A DNA stretch of 64,000 bases from positions 1-64,000 of the forward strand of contig JAAILG010000968.1 of NCBI GenBank assembly GCA_012026655.1, in the 5' to 3' direction. Of the stretch, positions 52,092 to 64,000 are shown piece after piece. The notes beneath the pieces are model-generated. The model saw only the letters and a list, made by a program, of their open reading frames with translations. It was not told the DNA's origin and made no database searches. A program made the translations under genes and the position numbers. This DNA comes from Hydrolagus affinis (Eukaryota). Every line of letters starts with the position of its first letter. Position 1 is the first letter of the stretch.

Positions 52092-52140
<49 letters not shown>
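52073..52140. repeat. compound (GAT)7(GT)n microsatellite
   Basis: Seven GAT units directly followed by more than 20 perfect GT units. Confidence 0.97.
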
Positions 52141-52143
<3 letters not shown>

Positions 52144-52529
52144 AAAAAGTGGTCAGAGTCCTTGTGTGGCTTGTTCCATCTGAATTATTTCCATTCACTT
52201 CTCTGTGTCTGCTTGTGAAGCTTGAGTTATGGAGATGAATGAAGATCAGGGTCAAAAGTCCAGTTAAACTGATTGGGTTTCTCTTGTCCTATGAGAGCGA
52301 AATTTTGCTTTCCTCGTGTGGAATTGGTTCTGGCCTTTAAAGATGATACTGAATTGGGAAGGCATTGCCAAATATCAGCAAAAATGACCAAATTATATAC
52401 AAATTAAGTTAATCTCTTACTGCCATCGTTGCACAATAAAATGATTTCCATCTGGAAGAGGAATCACGTTCCCTATTGTTGGGGTTTAATGACATCCATT
52501 ATGGGACACTGTACCATGTCTGCTTTGCT

Positions 52530-52937
52530 TTGTTGGTAGCACTGTCTCTTCTGAGTTGAAAGGTTGTGGGTTCAAATCCCATACCGGGGCTTTGATTTGA
52601 TAATGTAGTGCAGTGTTGGCAGAGCCCTGCACTGTTGGAATTGGCATCCTCCAGTTGAGATATTAAATTGACGTCCTGTCTTCTCATTAAAGTGGACTTT
52701 GGTAATGATTCCGTTGCACTATTCAAACACAGAAGGCATTTTCTCCAGGTGTCTTGGCCGCAATCCCCCAGTTTAAATTGTTTATTCATTTTGTGGCTAT
52801 TTTTGGGACATTGCCATGCACAAATTGGCTGCCGCGTTGGCCCACACATACACAGTCTCTACACTTTACATTGTGAAGCAGTTTAAGTCATTCCAACACT
52901 GTGATAAGGTGCTTTATTAAATGCAAGGATTATTATT
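52530..52937 (+). mobile_element. SacSINE1-like Deu-domain SINE, full length
   Basis: Head ttggtagcact..ggttgtgggttcaaatccc, body ggtgtcttggcc..caaattggctgccgcg, tail aatgcaaggattatt. Confidence 0.82.
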
Positions 52938-54114
52938 GTTATCTTACATGGATTTGAAATTGTTTTAGTTGTGGATTGATCAGCTTCTGAAGTATGTTCA
53001 CGTTTGGACTTGAAGATTGATACAAATTGGAAAATGGTTGTTGGTACAACGCCTTGGGACGTCCTCCCAACGTGAAATGTGCAATACAAATGGAATTTTG
53101 TTGTTGTTGTTGTTGTTACAAGATTGTCTGAAAACTGGATAAAAAGAGAATGATTGTAGTATGTTATTTTTCATTAAATTTTATTTTGAACAATATCAGG
53201 GAGGTGTTTAATATTTATTGCAACGTTGGTTTGTTCGACAGCATGTCAGGAAAGAGGCATTCTGATTGCTTAAGTGGTCTTCAATGATTCCATTATAAAA
53301 TGATAACGATTAAAATGCAAGAGAGATCTTGAACTCTTTATGGGCTTGCTACTTCAACTTCCTCACTACCATTGTCTCTCTGATCTATCCATCTTTTGCC
53401 TCCCACGCATCTCCAGTTAATTTCTTTTTGGTCTGTGTTTAGCATCTCCAAACAAGCTGAAGGCAAACTTCCTTATCTTGGGCGTTCCTCAACCTGTTGC
53501 TCGGAAGATTGCTTTCAACAACCTCACACCCATATTGCCATTCAGTCTCCCAGGTGTGTCATTATCTTTCCTGTGTGTCACTCATCCCCATGTCTTCCTC
53601 TTTCTTTTGTTTTGCTAATGGCTGCATGTTTGAGCCCTGTCCAAGATCACTTTTGTTTCCCACACTACACTTTAACACCTTGTTCACTATCTCTTAATGA
53701 CCCATTAGCTAGCCCTTTATGTATTTATTTAATGTCTTTAGATGTCTTTGCCTCAATGTGTTCATTGCTCTCTGCTCTTCCTTGTCTCTGCACCAGGCGA
53801 TTCAGGCAGTTCAGACCATAGGTCACACCCTAATGTTAATCTGCCTTTACTTGCTAATCCCATTCCTCCTCTCAGTGTTTATTTGCTCTTAATTCCAGTT
53901 TAATTACAGGAAACATTATACATTTCCCAAATTCCCCAATGCAAATTTCAAACGAAATATGTGCAAGATAAATGTTAATCTTAACAGATTTAATCTACAA
54001 AAAAGGTTCCTCCAATATTGTTTGTCTGTCATTAGACAAGGTGAGTAGCTTTTTTAATGTAACAAAAGAGCTATATTGACAATCTTTGGCCATAGAGACT
54101 GTGAGTCTCATAAT

Positions 54115-54270
54115 AACAACAAGACATTACATAGCTCTCTGCATGGAGGGCAGCATCTCAGAGTGCTCTGAGGAATGCTCACCCCAAAAATCAGTCGGTG
54201 CCAGTAGAGAACTGGTGCTAGGTGTTGAATTGGGGATTGAGGAGGTCAGAGAGGTGGGGAGGTGACAGAG
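54115..54270 (-). mobile_element. L2 LINE 3' end
   Basis: (AAC)n, catctcagagtgct, purine-rich UTR. Confidence 0.6.
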
Positions 54271-57200
54271 GGTAAAACGATTTGAACACGAGTTATTGAG
54301 TCTATAGCTCAGAGAGTCATTTGTTAGATTTTACTAATGTGCAGGTGAAAAACCTCCAATAACTGTTTGTAAACTTATCACCCTTGCATTTGAATGATGA
54401 TAAACATGTATGTCTCTATTTGGCTTCAGGTACTACACTCTTTCGTTCCCTTCTGATCTAAGCAAGATAGTTAGATCTATCTTGTTCAGCTAGTTATTAC
54501 TCAGATAACTGCACAATCGGCTGCTGTGTTTCACCCGCAAAATACACAGTCAATCCACTTTACAGTATTAAAGTGCAGAAGCACTTTGAGGCATTTCAGT
54601 GACATGATATGGCACTATATTGAATGCTTAGGGCACTTCATGATACAGTCATAGTTCTGCGACCTGGGAACTAGAGATAAAATGATGGGTTCAATATTCT
54701 CTCTCATTTCTGTGCTCAGCCGATTATTGTTCAATGCTATTGAAGAATCGCACGCCTTATTAACATCAATAACCAGATGGACAGTCGATTGGACCTACCG
54801 TGTTCTGTAAAACGTACAAACAATGAAGTTAGACATTTGCTTTGCACGAGCTGCAGTCAGGTTGCTGTTGAACTCAAGGGCATACGAGTCCCAAGTGCTT
54901 TGTGAGTAGCTCCCTCTAATTTGCCTTGGACCACTCACCTGAACTTGCAAATAGGGTCGACTCCAGACATTGGTTCCATGTAAAAATCACATTGAACCTG
55001 CACCAGCCTTGAAGTACAGTATAACTGTCACCATAAATTGCTCCATTACTCTCCACCCTCATTGTAACACAGTCATGGGAAGCCAGGTATTGTACTGTTA
55101 GAAGTGCTAATGAGTGGCTCGTTATAATGAGTATGATATGAATATAATATAAATATCCTTTATCAAAGCTACGTCTTGTAATAATACTTGCATTAGAGAT
55201 AAGATGCATTTCCAGTCGGGAGAACATATCAAAGTGCTTCACAGAATGTACTGTAGAGTGAGGTGACTGTGTGTCTGTGGGCAAATGCAACAGCCAATTT
55301 GCATGAAGCAATGTGCTACAAACTGCCATGAAGATAATTACTTGCTTTGCACATTTAACCAACAAAATACCTTAACACTTCTCTTAAACAAACAATTCTT
55401 CGTAAATAGTAGCAGACATTAGGAAAACATACAGACAAGTTACCTCAAGAAATTATTTAATCATGGCCTTGACCTGATGGCATTCCTTTTTCAGCTTTGA
55501 AGTGCAATGCTTTGAGTGCTGTGCTTGTTAGCTAAGCGCCCTAGGAATTTGTGAAGACTAAAATGTGTTTTGAAAAAGGCCATGCGTTTGTAATATCATA
55601 TATAAGATTATTTTCAAAAAGTCTTAACATTTGCTTTGTTCCAAATGTTGGAGGCAAGCGCATCAATAATCGGAACCGGGTCGTATATTTATTCTGATTT
55701 TCTGAAAGCATCATTGAGTACTCGGGTAGATTACACATACCAGAGCTTGTATTCTTCTTAAAACAGGATTTCTTGGGTGAGCATTCCTCAGAGCAAAAGA
55801 GATGTGACATAAACGGAAGAGAAAAACATTTGGCTGAGTGTTTTCTTAAGCCCATTGTGAGTTTACAAGAGAAGAAAGGCAGCTTTCTGTGCACGGCTAG
55901 TAATGTATAGTTTATGCTCCCCAGATTGGATTTTATGGCAGCTGAACTGATTAAGGTAAAGAGCACCCGGTAGAAATACAAAATGCTGCTTCCTTCTGGT
56001 TCCTACATTGTGTACATAGTTGGTCAGTGCTGTGACAGCCTTGAACCGTTTGATTTGATTCCACTTCCCTGCCCAGAGCATCTTGTCCGTATGGTATCAT
56101 TAATCAGCCCTTTCAACTCTGTTTCCAAAAGTACCTTTTTTGTGTTTGTGCTGCAGAGAACGATGCATTAACTAAGGGTGCATTAACTAAGGAGGCTGTT
56201 TCCTCTCTCCACCCCACCTTCCCCCATTTCCCCCCGCCACTCTCCCACTGCCCCGCCACTGCTCTCTGAGTATGTTTTTGTTTTTAAACCAAAATGTTGC
56301 CTTTAATTGACAGACTCTTACTCCCTTCTGGGCATGGGGGCCTTTTTGAAGATAAACAACAGCCCATTGTGCACGGATTGTGTTGTGCTAACCAGGATCT
56401 GGTTCTATTTACATCAACACACGTGCTACATATATATGCTCCACAAAAGCATCAAAACAATTTTTTTTCAAAAAGAACTGGTCACTCAATCACATGGCTG
56501 TTTGTCAGTGAGTAATTAATGTGTGCAAATTGGCTGTCGCATACACCCACAAAAAAGTACACGCTTCAGTCTATCCTGTGAAGCACATTGGGACGTCCTC
56601 CTGATGTGAAAGGCACGATATCAAATGTAAGGGTTAGGGTGGTAGTGCATCCTGCACAATTACGGTCAATTTCTTTTATTCAGGAAAATCTCTTGAAAAT
56701 TGCATTGGCGCTCCAGATAATCGTCGTAAAATTCGGTTTGTGTTGATACAAAAAAAGTAATAAAATAAGTGTCATGACATTTATGATATGTTGTTGGGGC
56801 TGTGTCCGATCTGGCTTCTGATGGCAATATTTTATTTGACTCCTTCCTTCAGCAGTGACAATCAAATAAAAGTTAATTAAGTGGTAACTTCCATTTGTCA
56901 GGAGTGTGTGAAGCAGTAAAAGTTCTCGCGCTGAGTAAATGCCAAGAGAGTAGGTTGAGTGGTCCAATTGAAGTTCAAATGCTTTCCTGTCATAGAACAA
57001 TAGAACTTTACAGCGCGGAAGAAGGCCATCCGACTCATCATATCTGCACTGGCTGCCTGAAAGAGCAATCCATTAATCACCACTTAGTAGTATTAGCCTA
57101 TATTGTACTGCAAACACTGGAAAAAGATTATAACTTGGACCCTCACCCTGACATTTGTTTTTAAACTACAGAGGTTATTATGTTGTAACAAACTCATCGC

Positions 57201-58289
57201 AGTTTCATTAATAACAACTGTAACTCACACTAACAGTGAACTCCTGGTAACGTGAGCCAGACTTAACTTGTCACGACTGCTTAAGGTGTGATGCTATCAA
57301 TATCCCGGCAACACTTATCTATGAACTGATACATATGCCTAACTCACCACTGCGGATAGCTCATCACTGAGCCCTTTTCCCTTGGAGTGATGAGTTATCA
57401 GGATTTTACTGTGTACAGCGACTTTTGGAACGCAGCAAAACAGAAACAGGAGAAGGCGATTCAACCCGGATAATTAGATCTTGGCAGATTTCAAAATCCC
57501 GTCTTCCCGCCTTTCCACAATGTTGCTTAACGCCCGTACTCCACAAGCCTCTTTCACATACAACAATGGTAGCCAACACGTGGAACTGGCCTGCCGAACA
57601 CTCACACGAGTCGAGGTGAGTTTGTTTCAAATCAGCGTTTTATTTCCAGTAGCTATACAAGTAGCGATGTTTATGGCGTGGCCATAAATGAAGAAATATT
57701 CAATCAGTAACATTTATTTTGTTGGCCAAATAAAAAGGTTGGCCGGACATGGTGGGACGTCTCAAAGTGCTTTACAGAGACTGAATGAGAGCCTGGGACT
57801 TGGGGGAATAGCTAAGTTAGAAAAGAGAACATTTTGCTCGTACTTTCTAAAGCAAACAGGTTATTAATTCCCTCTCTGCTGACTGCTTTGCCTATATTAA
57901 TGGCTACTGTCTATCATATTAGGCTGTATTCAATATGCGTGCCAGGGTTCTTATTTCAGATGGGAGCCATGTAGACAGTTAAAGCAAATTTGAATGTAAA
58001 GATATGTAATATCTAAGATTACACTTATGATCTTACAATCAACATCCTGGATAATTACAGATAAGAAGTATATACTTGTGGTGAGATATTGCTTTATAGT
58101 ATTGCATTACTGAAGGATGAGAAACAACTATAATCTTAGATAAATTGTTCTTTACCGTTCATTAAACTGATAAGGTGCAGAACTGGTTTGAGATTTTGGT
58201 GCCTTTTCATTGCTATAAATGATGCCTCTAAGAGTAGCTCTGTGACTTGTAGATACAATGGTCAAGTGGATAGAGGTACTTTGCAGTGC

Positions 58290-58580
58290 AGCACTGGGGC
58301 ATACGGGGCGGGAGAGCACAGGTTTGCATCTCTGTTTGCTGAGTTAACCAAGGCAGGTGTTGACCAGAACAACCTCTGGTTGAGGGAGGGGAGGGAAATA
58401 AAATGGACCTGCTTCGGATCGTAATGCAGAGACCTTGCTGAGAGGTAAGCTTTGTGTAAGGGATTGAATAAGAAAGCTTTGGATCAGGCTTATGATAATC
58501 CCACCAACACATACTGCCAAGGCTCACAAGTGAAGTAGAGTATGGGCAGTTTGGCCGACATACCAGAGGACGCCCAACAT
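58290..58580 (+). mobile_element. AmnSINE2-like ancient SINE
   Basis: gctgagttaacc..gggaggggagggaaa..gctttggatcaggcttatgat..aggctcacaagtgaag follow the order of the recalled AmnSINE2 consensus. Confidence 0.55.
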
Positions 58581-59224
58581 CCACTTTTGATTGCCGGGCA
58601 CTTTATAGAACCGCTTCCAGCCGCCAGCCCTTTATCATGGAGCAGAATAGAGGCAATAGAGAGAATTAGCCGTGTTACAGATTTATTTCCTATTTGTGTG
58701 GCGCCGATGCCCAACGCCACAAAGGCTGTCAGTGGAAAAACTGACTTTATCCACAGTCAACAGTTACATGGTCACAATCTATTATCGACGGTGACCAAAA
58801 TCATTGCCCAAAGACAATGACCCTCAGATAGTTTGCGGTTCCCAATGTCATAACAACCCTTGCAGTTGTTGTAGTGCCTTTCAAATCTGGATGACGTCTC
58901 AAAGCGTTCACAGGTATTTATTTTACTGTAACATCTGGTGAATATCAACATCTAGGCCAACACGTCAACAAATCTGTGCACAAGAAATTGGCCATGAGAA
59001 ATATCCATATCCTTCGTGTTTCGTGGCGCTGTGATTATATTTGTAAATGGGTTATTGTAGGTTGTAGCCTGGGAATTTGTGGTAAATGTCACACTTTTTA
59101 TGAGATTGCGGTAAACATGCTTTATTATTATTAAAATTGCAATTCCGTACTTTGACTCGATTTTTAAAGGCTGTATGGTAATTGCTCCAGCCCTGAAATA
59201 TTTTAAAGGCTTATAAGGTATTAA

Positions 59225-59520
59225 TGATGAGATGTTGAACTGATGTCCTGATTGCCTGTTCATGTGGATCCCGTGGCACGATCATAGAATTTATACAGCA
59301 CAGAAGGAGGCCATTTGGCCCATCGCGTCTGTGCCGGTTCTTTGAAAAGTGCTATCAAAATCAAGCACGCTCCCCCACGCACCCCCCATAGCCCTGCAAA
59401 CTTCTTCTCCCCAAATCATTATCTACTTCTCTCACTGCTCGAAAAAGAGAAGGACCGAGCGTTCCTGGCTATGTCAATCGCGGGACATTATTGCGCACAA
59501 TTGAGTTGCTCTTTTCACAA
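59225..59520 (+). mobile_element. Deu-domain SINE split by an opposite-strand CR1 3' UTR (about 59281-59425)
   Basis: gagatgttgaac..gatcccgtggcac | atcatagaatttatacagcacagaaggaggccatttggccc.. | gggacattattgcgcacaatt. Confidence 0.75.
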
Positions 59521-60149
59521 TTTACTTTCGGCAGCCAGTCTGCATCGGAACAAGAGGGAAATAAACTTGCACTTGCTCTCACTCACCTGCAACGATCGCG
59601 CCCAGGGCCTCTTCAAGTCCACCTACTCACTAAGGGGAAAAATTAGGTAGTAGAAGTGCCGTGGCATCTGGATTAGCCCCCCGCCCACCCCCTCACAACT
59701 GCCCATGTATGTCCCTTTGGCATTAATTGTTCTGCACACAAAAAAAAAGCAAAGAGGTGGATTCCAAAAGCGGTGACCTTTTTATTTCATGCAGAGGAGC
59801 CTGGTGCTTTATGGCCTCCTTTGTAAAGAGCTATTGATTTTTGAAGAGTATGTCTTTGTTACTTCCAGATGAAGCAGAGATCTTATAAGCCAAAACGGCA
59901 GTGGAGACATTCAATCCGCACATGTCAAGAGACGTATGGGAGAATTGGCTAGCACCCTAAATCAAAAGAATCCATTAGAAATTACCTGAAGTTATCGATG
60001 TGTGTGCTGCAGTTAAAAATATGCATTTTAGTAAACTGCGATGCAGTTAGAGTAATTTTAAAATTCATATATTTTGAATATGGCCAAAGCTACCATAGAA
60101 ATTGTAACTTATAATAATATTAATAATCCTTACATGTGAATGTGCCTAA

Positions 60150-60650
60150 ATTCTGCAAAGCGCTTTGAGACTTCTAGAAGATGTGAAAAAGTAAATGGAA
60201 GGATTCTTCTTATTATTATTATAATTATTACGGTACGATGATGATTATAACTGCTTTCAAATCAGAAGGATGTCTCAAAGATTTTCACAGGACGTACTGT
60301 AAAATGTAGTTAGTTTGTATTTTCTATGTGCACACAAATCAGCCACTTCGCACACAGCAACACCCACAAACAGGCATGAAGTGAGTGACCAAATTTATCT
60401 GGGGGATTGTCTTTTCGAAAAGTGCTATGGGATCTTTAACATCCAACTGAACAGGTAGATGGACACAAGGTTTAACATCTGATCTGAAGGATAGCACCTC
60501 CAACAATGCAGCAGCCCCTTCCCAGGACTTCTTGATAAATAAACCTTGTCTTTGATATACTGCCTTATCTGATCGTCTGTAAGATGTCTCAAAGTGCTTC
60601 ACAGAATATGCTGTAATGTGAATTGATGGTAGATGTTGTGGGCGAAATAT
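60150..60650 (-). mobile_element. cluster of three SINE pieces (+ tail 60150-60230; - Deu SINE 60250-60520; - tail 60545-60650)
   Basis: tgggatctttaacatccaactgaacaggtagatgg..tttaacatctgatctgaagga body, plus repeated tail motifs. Confidence 0.75.
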
Positions 60651-61499
60651 ACACTTAACTTTGTTACTCATTATACCAATCTTTTCATTCCATCTTTCCA
60701 ATGTGAAATGGGGTTAGAAAGATGTGACAAAACAACCGCTATTTGTAGTGTGCCAAGTATGATGGATTTCACTGCACTGGGAAGAGGACAAGCATTATAT
60801 ATTCTTCACCTTCTATAAGGATGCTAGTTATTCAGAAACTTTTTTTTTAATAATTAGGAATGAGAAAGTGGACGATCAAATGAAGGGGAAAAAACATGGA
60901 TTTAAATTATCCGCAGTGATATCTCTCGATGCAACCATAGTCTCAAAATAGTTAAAAGTTTAAAACAGACATCGTTCTAGTTATACCACTCCAGTGTTGC
61001 TCATTGATTTGCTCGGGTCAACATGCTGAGCTGCTGATGATTTCTTCCACTCTGTGTCCTGTGACAGCAGCAAGCGTTCCTGGGGCCGATACAGATAGAG
61101 GATTGTGCTCCCCATGTGACTCTGACACTGTCTAAACCGCCAACCTCTGAACCACACCTCACTGCACCACCTTGAGGTTGCCACTCCTTACATTGCTTGT
61201 TCTTCCAGGCTCTTCTTTAGTCAGATTGCTGAATTAGCGTTTCAGGCAGCGTTCATGCTAATCACAGTGCAAATTATTACCAGAGCAATTTGAAATCAAA
61301 TATTGTACGTCGTTGGTGAATGTCTGCAGTGTCATTCTTACTGAAGTTGCTTTGGTTTGAGCGCTACTTTTTTCCCTACAAGTCGCTCACACCTCCTTTG
61401 CCAGCTCTCCTGTCTTGAATGTAGATGCAAGTCTGTTTGACATCCTCATGCCAGGGCTTGTTGCAATAATGATACTAATACTACTTCTACTACTTATAA

Positions 61500-61800
61500 T
61501 AATAATTTGTGCGTCTAATAAAGCACCTTATTATGTTGTCGAGACATCTCAAAGTATTTCCCAGGGCTTTGACGATGAAGTGTAGTGATTGTGTATTTGT
61601 AAGCACCAATACTGCCAATGAAGTGAGCTAGCAATTCTGTTTGGGGAATTGTCAACCACGACACCGGGAGAAACTCCCTTCTCATTTTGAATAATGCCAT
61701 AGGATTTTAACATCCACCAGAAAAGATAGACGGAGGCTCTTGCTGTAATGTTTCATCCGAAACACCAACAACACAGGCCCCAACCACCCAGCACTGCATT
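61500..61800 (-). mobile_element. SacSINE1-like Deu-domain SINE
   Basis: gacaccgggagaaactccct..aatgccataggattttaacatccac..cagcactgca. Confidence 0.72.
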
Positions 61801-63596
61801 GTTTACAGATAACAAGCCCGCTCGTCTTAACCTCAATACTTGAGGTGAGGAAGCAGTACTGATTTCCGTTAGAGCATTGCACCAATTTATGAATATTAAT
61901 TATTTAGGCGTGCACTTTACTGCATTACTTTTTAATTATTCCTTCAAACCTAATGAACACCGTTTCTCAACAGGCGAATCTTGAGGGAAAATAGGTACGC
62001 ATATTATTTTTCTTTAAAAGAAAGGCAACCTTCACTTTGTTTCTCTGGGAAATGTTGACATGCAAAACAAGTGCTCCTTTAATGTGCTGAATAAAGAGGA
62101 CATCAATGCGAGGATTTTGTGTCACATTTAGGAACCTGAAAGAAGCATACTGCACTCATTGCGTCTCCTATTCCCCGTTTACCTTGTGCACCGAGCTAAC
62201 GCCGGTATTCAATCTGAACGGGAAAAAAAGCTAGGTGGGTTTGAAGAAATGCCAGGTGCTATTGATTTTGCTTTTAATAAATTGGAATAATATTCGAGGA
62301 TAAAGTTATAGCTTGATTTTATAAAAACTTCTCAAAATTATTTCCTGATGATGTTACTGAGGCAATTGGAGGAATGTTTGCAATATTTGTTTTAGTGTTT
62401 CTGCCTCTATGAGTTATTTCTTGTAGATGTAGATAATGACATTATAAATCTTACTCTCAGGCAATTACTAAATGCTGGCACAGCCTATTCCCCACTGGGT
62501 GATAGTTTCAGCCAGTCTACATATTACTGCTACACTTGCCTTGGTCATTAAGAACTAATCTTGGATTTATGGCAAGTCCTTAAAGTTCACAGCACTTTAA
62601 TAATAAAAAGCAGAAAAGGAATAGCAGGCAGGTGGTTACAAAAGGATATAACAATGAGCATCATTCCTGGTTCCAGCGGGACGGGCTGTAATATGTTTAG
62701 AAAATTGTCGCACATGAATCTAAAGACCTATTTTACAACGCTTCAAGAGTAAATTTGAATTGACTTTAGCCAAATTACTTGACTTTCGTTCCGATGCTCT
62801 TCCTTTTGCTAGGTGGCAGTGGGATTTTTTTTAGAATAAGCGGGTGTGTGGGGGGGTGGGTGGGGGTGATGGAGCGTAGAAAGGTTAAATCTAATAACAC
62901 ATCGAGTATACATGTTTCACTGTATCCCATGCAATGCACCTAAGTACAATGCATTTTAAAACATAAATCTGTTCTGTGTGTGCAGGGTAGATCAGTGGCT
63001 AACTGGAGTGAAACAATTTGACACTTATTCCTGGTAACACAGGTTTAATTCAGTCCTAATCTGAATTAGTCTGGACTGCATCATTCAGCTATTGCAGTTT
63101 AACATAAATGATTCATTCTGATTTAATCTAAATAATATCTGTCCCTGTAAATGACAGTGAAAGGAACACTCTAAGACTGCCTTTCAAAGGATGCGTGTCA
63201 GCATTTATTGATGCACAAAGATTAAGATTGCACACAAGGAGAACAGATCTGCAAATTACCTGATGGCAGTTTTAAAAATCATTCTCCTGAAAAGGATTCT
63301 GCGAAGGATTATATGGGGTGATTTTTTAAATGATCAGAAATCAGACTTTTATCTTGCCTTTCCCATAATGGTAATATTAATCAGTTTGTGATGTAGAGAG
63401 CAGTTGGATGCTAGCAATTTCCCTGTTAATTCAGGCCATAGCTCCGAGTGACTTCCAGATGAGGTCAGTTGCCTGAAAAAAAGTTTGGAATGCATCATTT
63501 GGATGGGCTTGGGCAACTCTCCGTAACGTTCAACTCTTGAGATGTCGGAGACTGTTTCTGTCCATCATGCGAATAATATTGTGGAGTGCGCTAATA

Positions 63597-63805
63597 CTGT
63601 AGCTCAGTGGTTACAGCCTTCGGCTTACAAGCGAGAGACCTGGGTTCAATCTATGACTCTTTGTGGGACACTGCTGTGTGCAATTGGCTGCAGTGTTTCG
63701 CCCACATGTATACAGTCAATTCACTTTATAGTACTGTATATTCCGTGAAGTGCTTTGAGACATCTAGAAGATTTGAAAAGCGCTATATCAAATGCAAGGA
63801 TTATA
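63597..63805 (+). mobile_element. family A SINE with internal deletion
   Basis: tRNA head joined at ttcaatc directly to the Deu core; intact tail. Confidence 0.85.
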
Positions 63806-63814
63806 CTAATAATG

Positions 63815-63905
63815 TATTTTTGCATTTGATGTAGCCCCTTATCACATTGTTGAGACATCTCAAAACGCTTCACAAGATGTACTGTAAAGCGTGTATTTTG
63901 TGGGT
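63815..63905 (-). mobile_element. SINE 3' tail in inverted orientation
   Basis: ttgcatttgatgtagccccttatcac..tctcaaaacgcttcaca. Confidence 0.8.
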
Positions 63906-64000
63906 GAAGTGTTCACATTTTACTCACACGTGCACATCAATAATCCTAATTCTGTGATTATGGAATTGTCCAATAGAATTATAATTCTCTTATTTAAAGC

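Noticed and set aside
53988-54040. Possible 53-nt exon with AAG|GTGAGT donor
   Set aside because: Poor polypyrimidine tract and unrecognised peptide; consistent with chance
1-64000. CRISPR array, operon or other prokaryote-type system
   Set aside because: No regularly spaced repeat-spacer array and no long intact ORFs; the recurrent motifs are dispersed SINE/LINE tails

Overview
AT-rich, non-coding vertebrate DNA (long intron or gene desert). The repeat content points to a cartilaginous fish, possibly a chimaera; this is inference from the mix of Deu-domain SINEs, CR1 and L2 LINEs, not a database result. I recognise no protein-coding gene. The only recognisable translated segments are decayed CR1 and L2 ORF2 fragments and possibly an L1 ORF1 remnant. 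The window is dominated by: (i) a tRNA-Val-like SINE present in long, short and further-deleted forms; (ii) older SacSINE1-like Deu-domain SINEs; (iii) ancient AmnSINE2-like and LF-SINE-like remnants; (iv) many CR1/L2 3' ends; (v) a 210-bp TA-flanked pogo/Tigger-type MITE with a partial sister copy. The repeat-free intervals carry clusters of HOX/PBX, RFX and SOX-type motifs typical of conserved enhancers, plus a few unassigned candidate small exons (39 nt on +; 9 nt and 162 nt on -). I found no convincing new biological system. The best leads are the modular SINE family, the MITE pair and the candidate microexons. Repeat family names come from recalled consensus sequences, and boundaries of old repeats are approximate.
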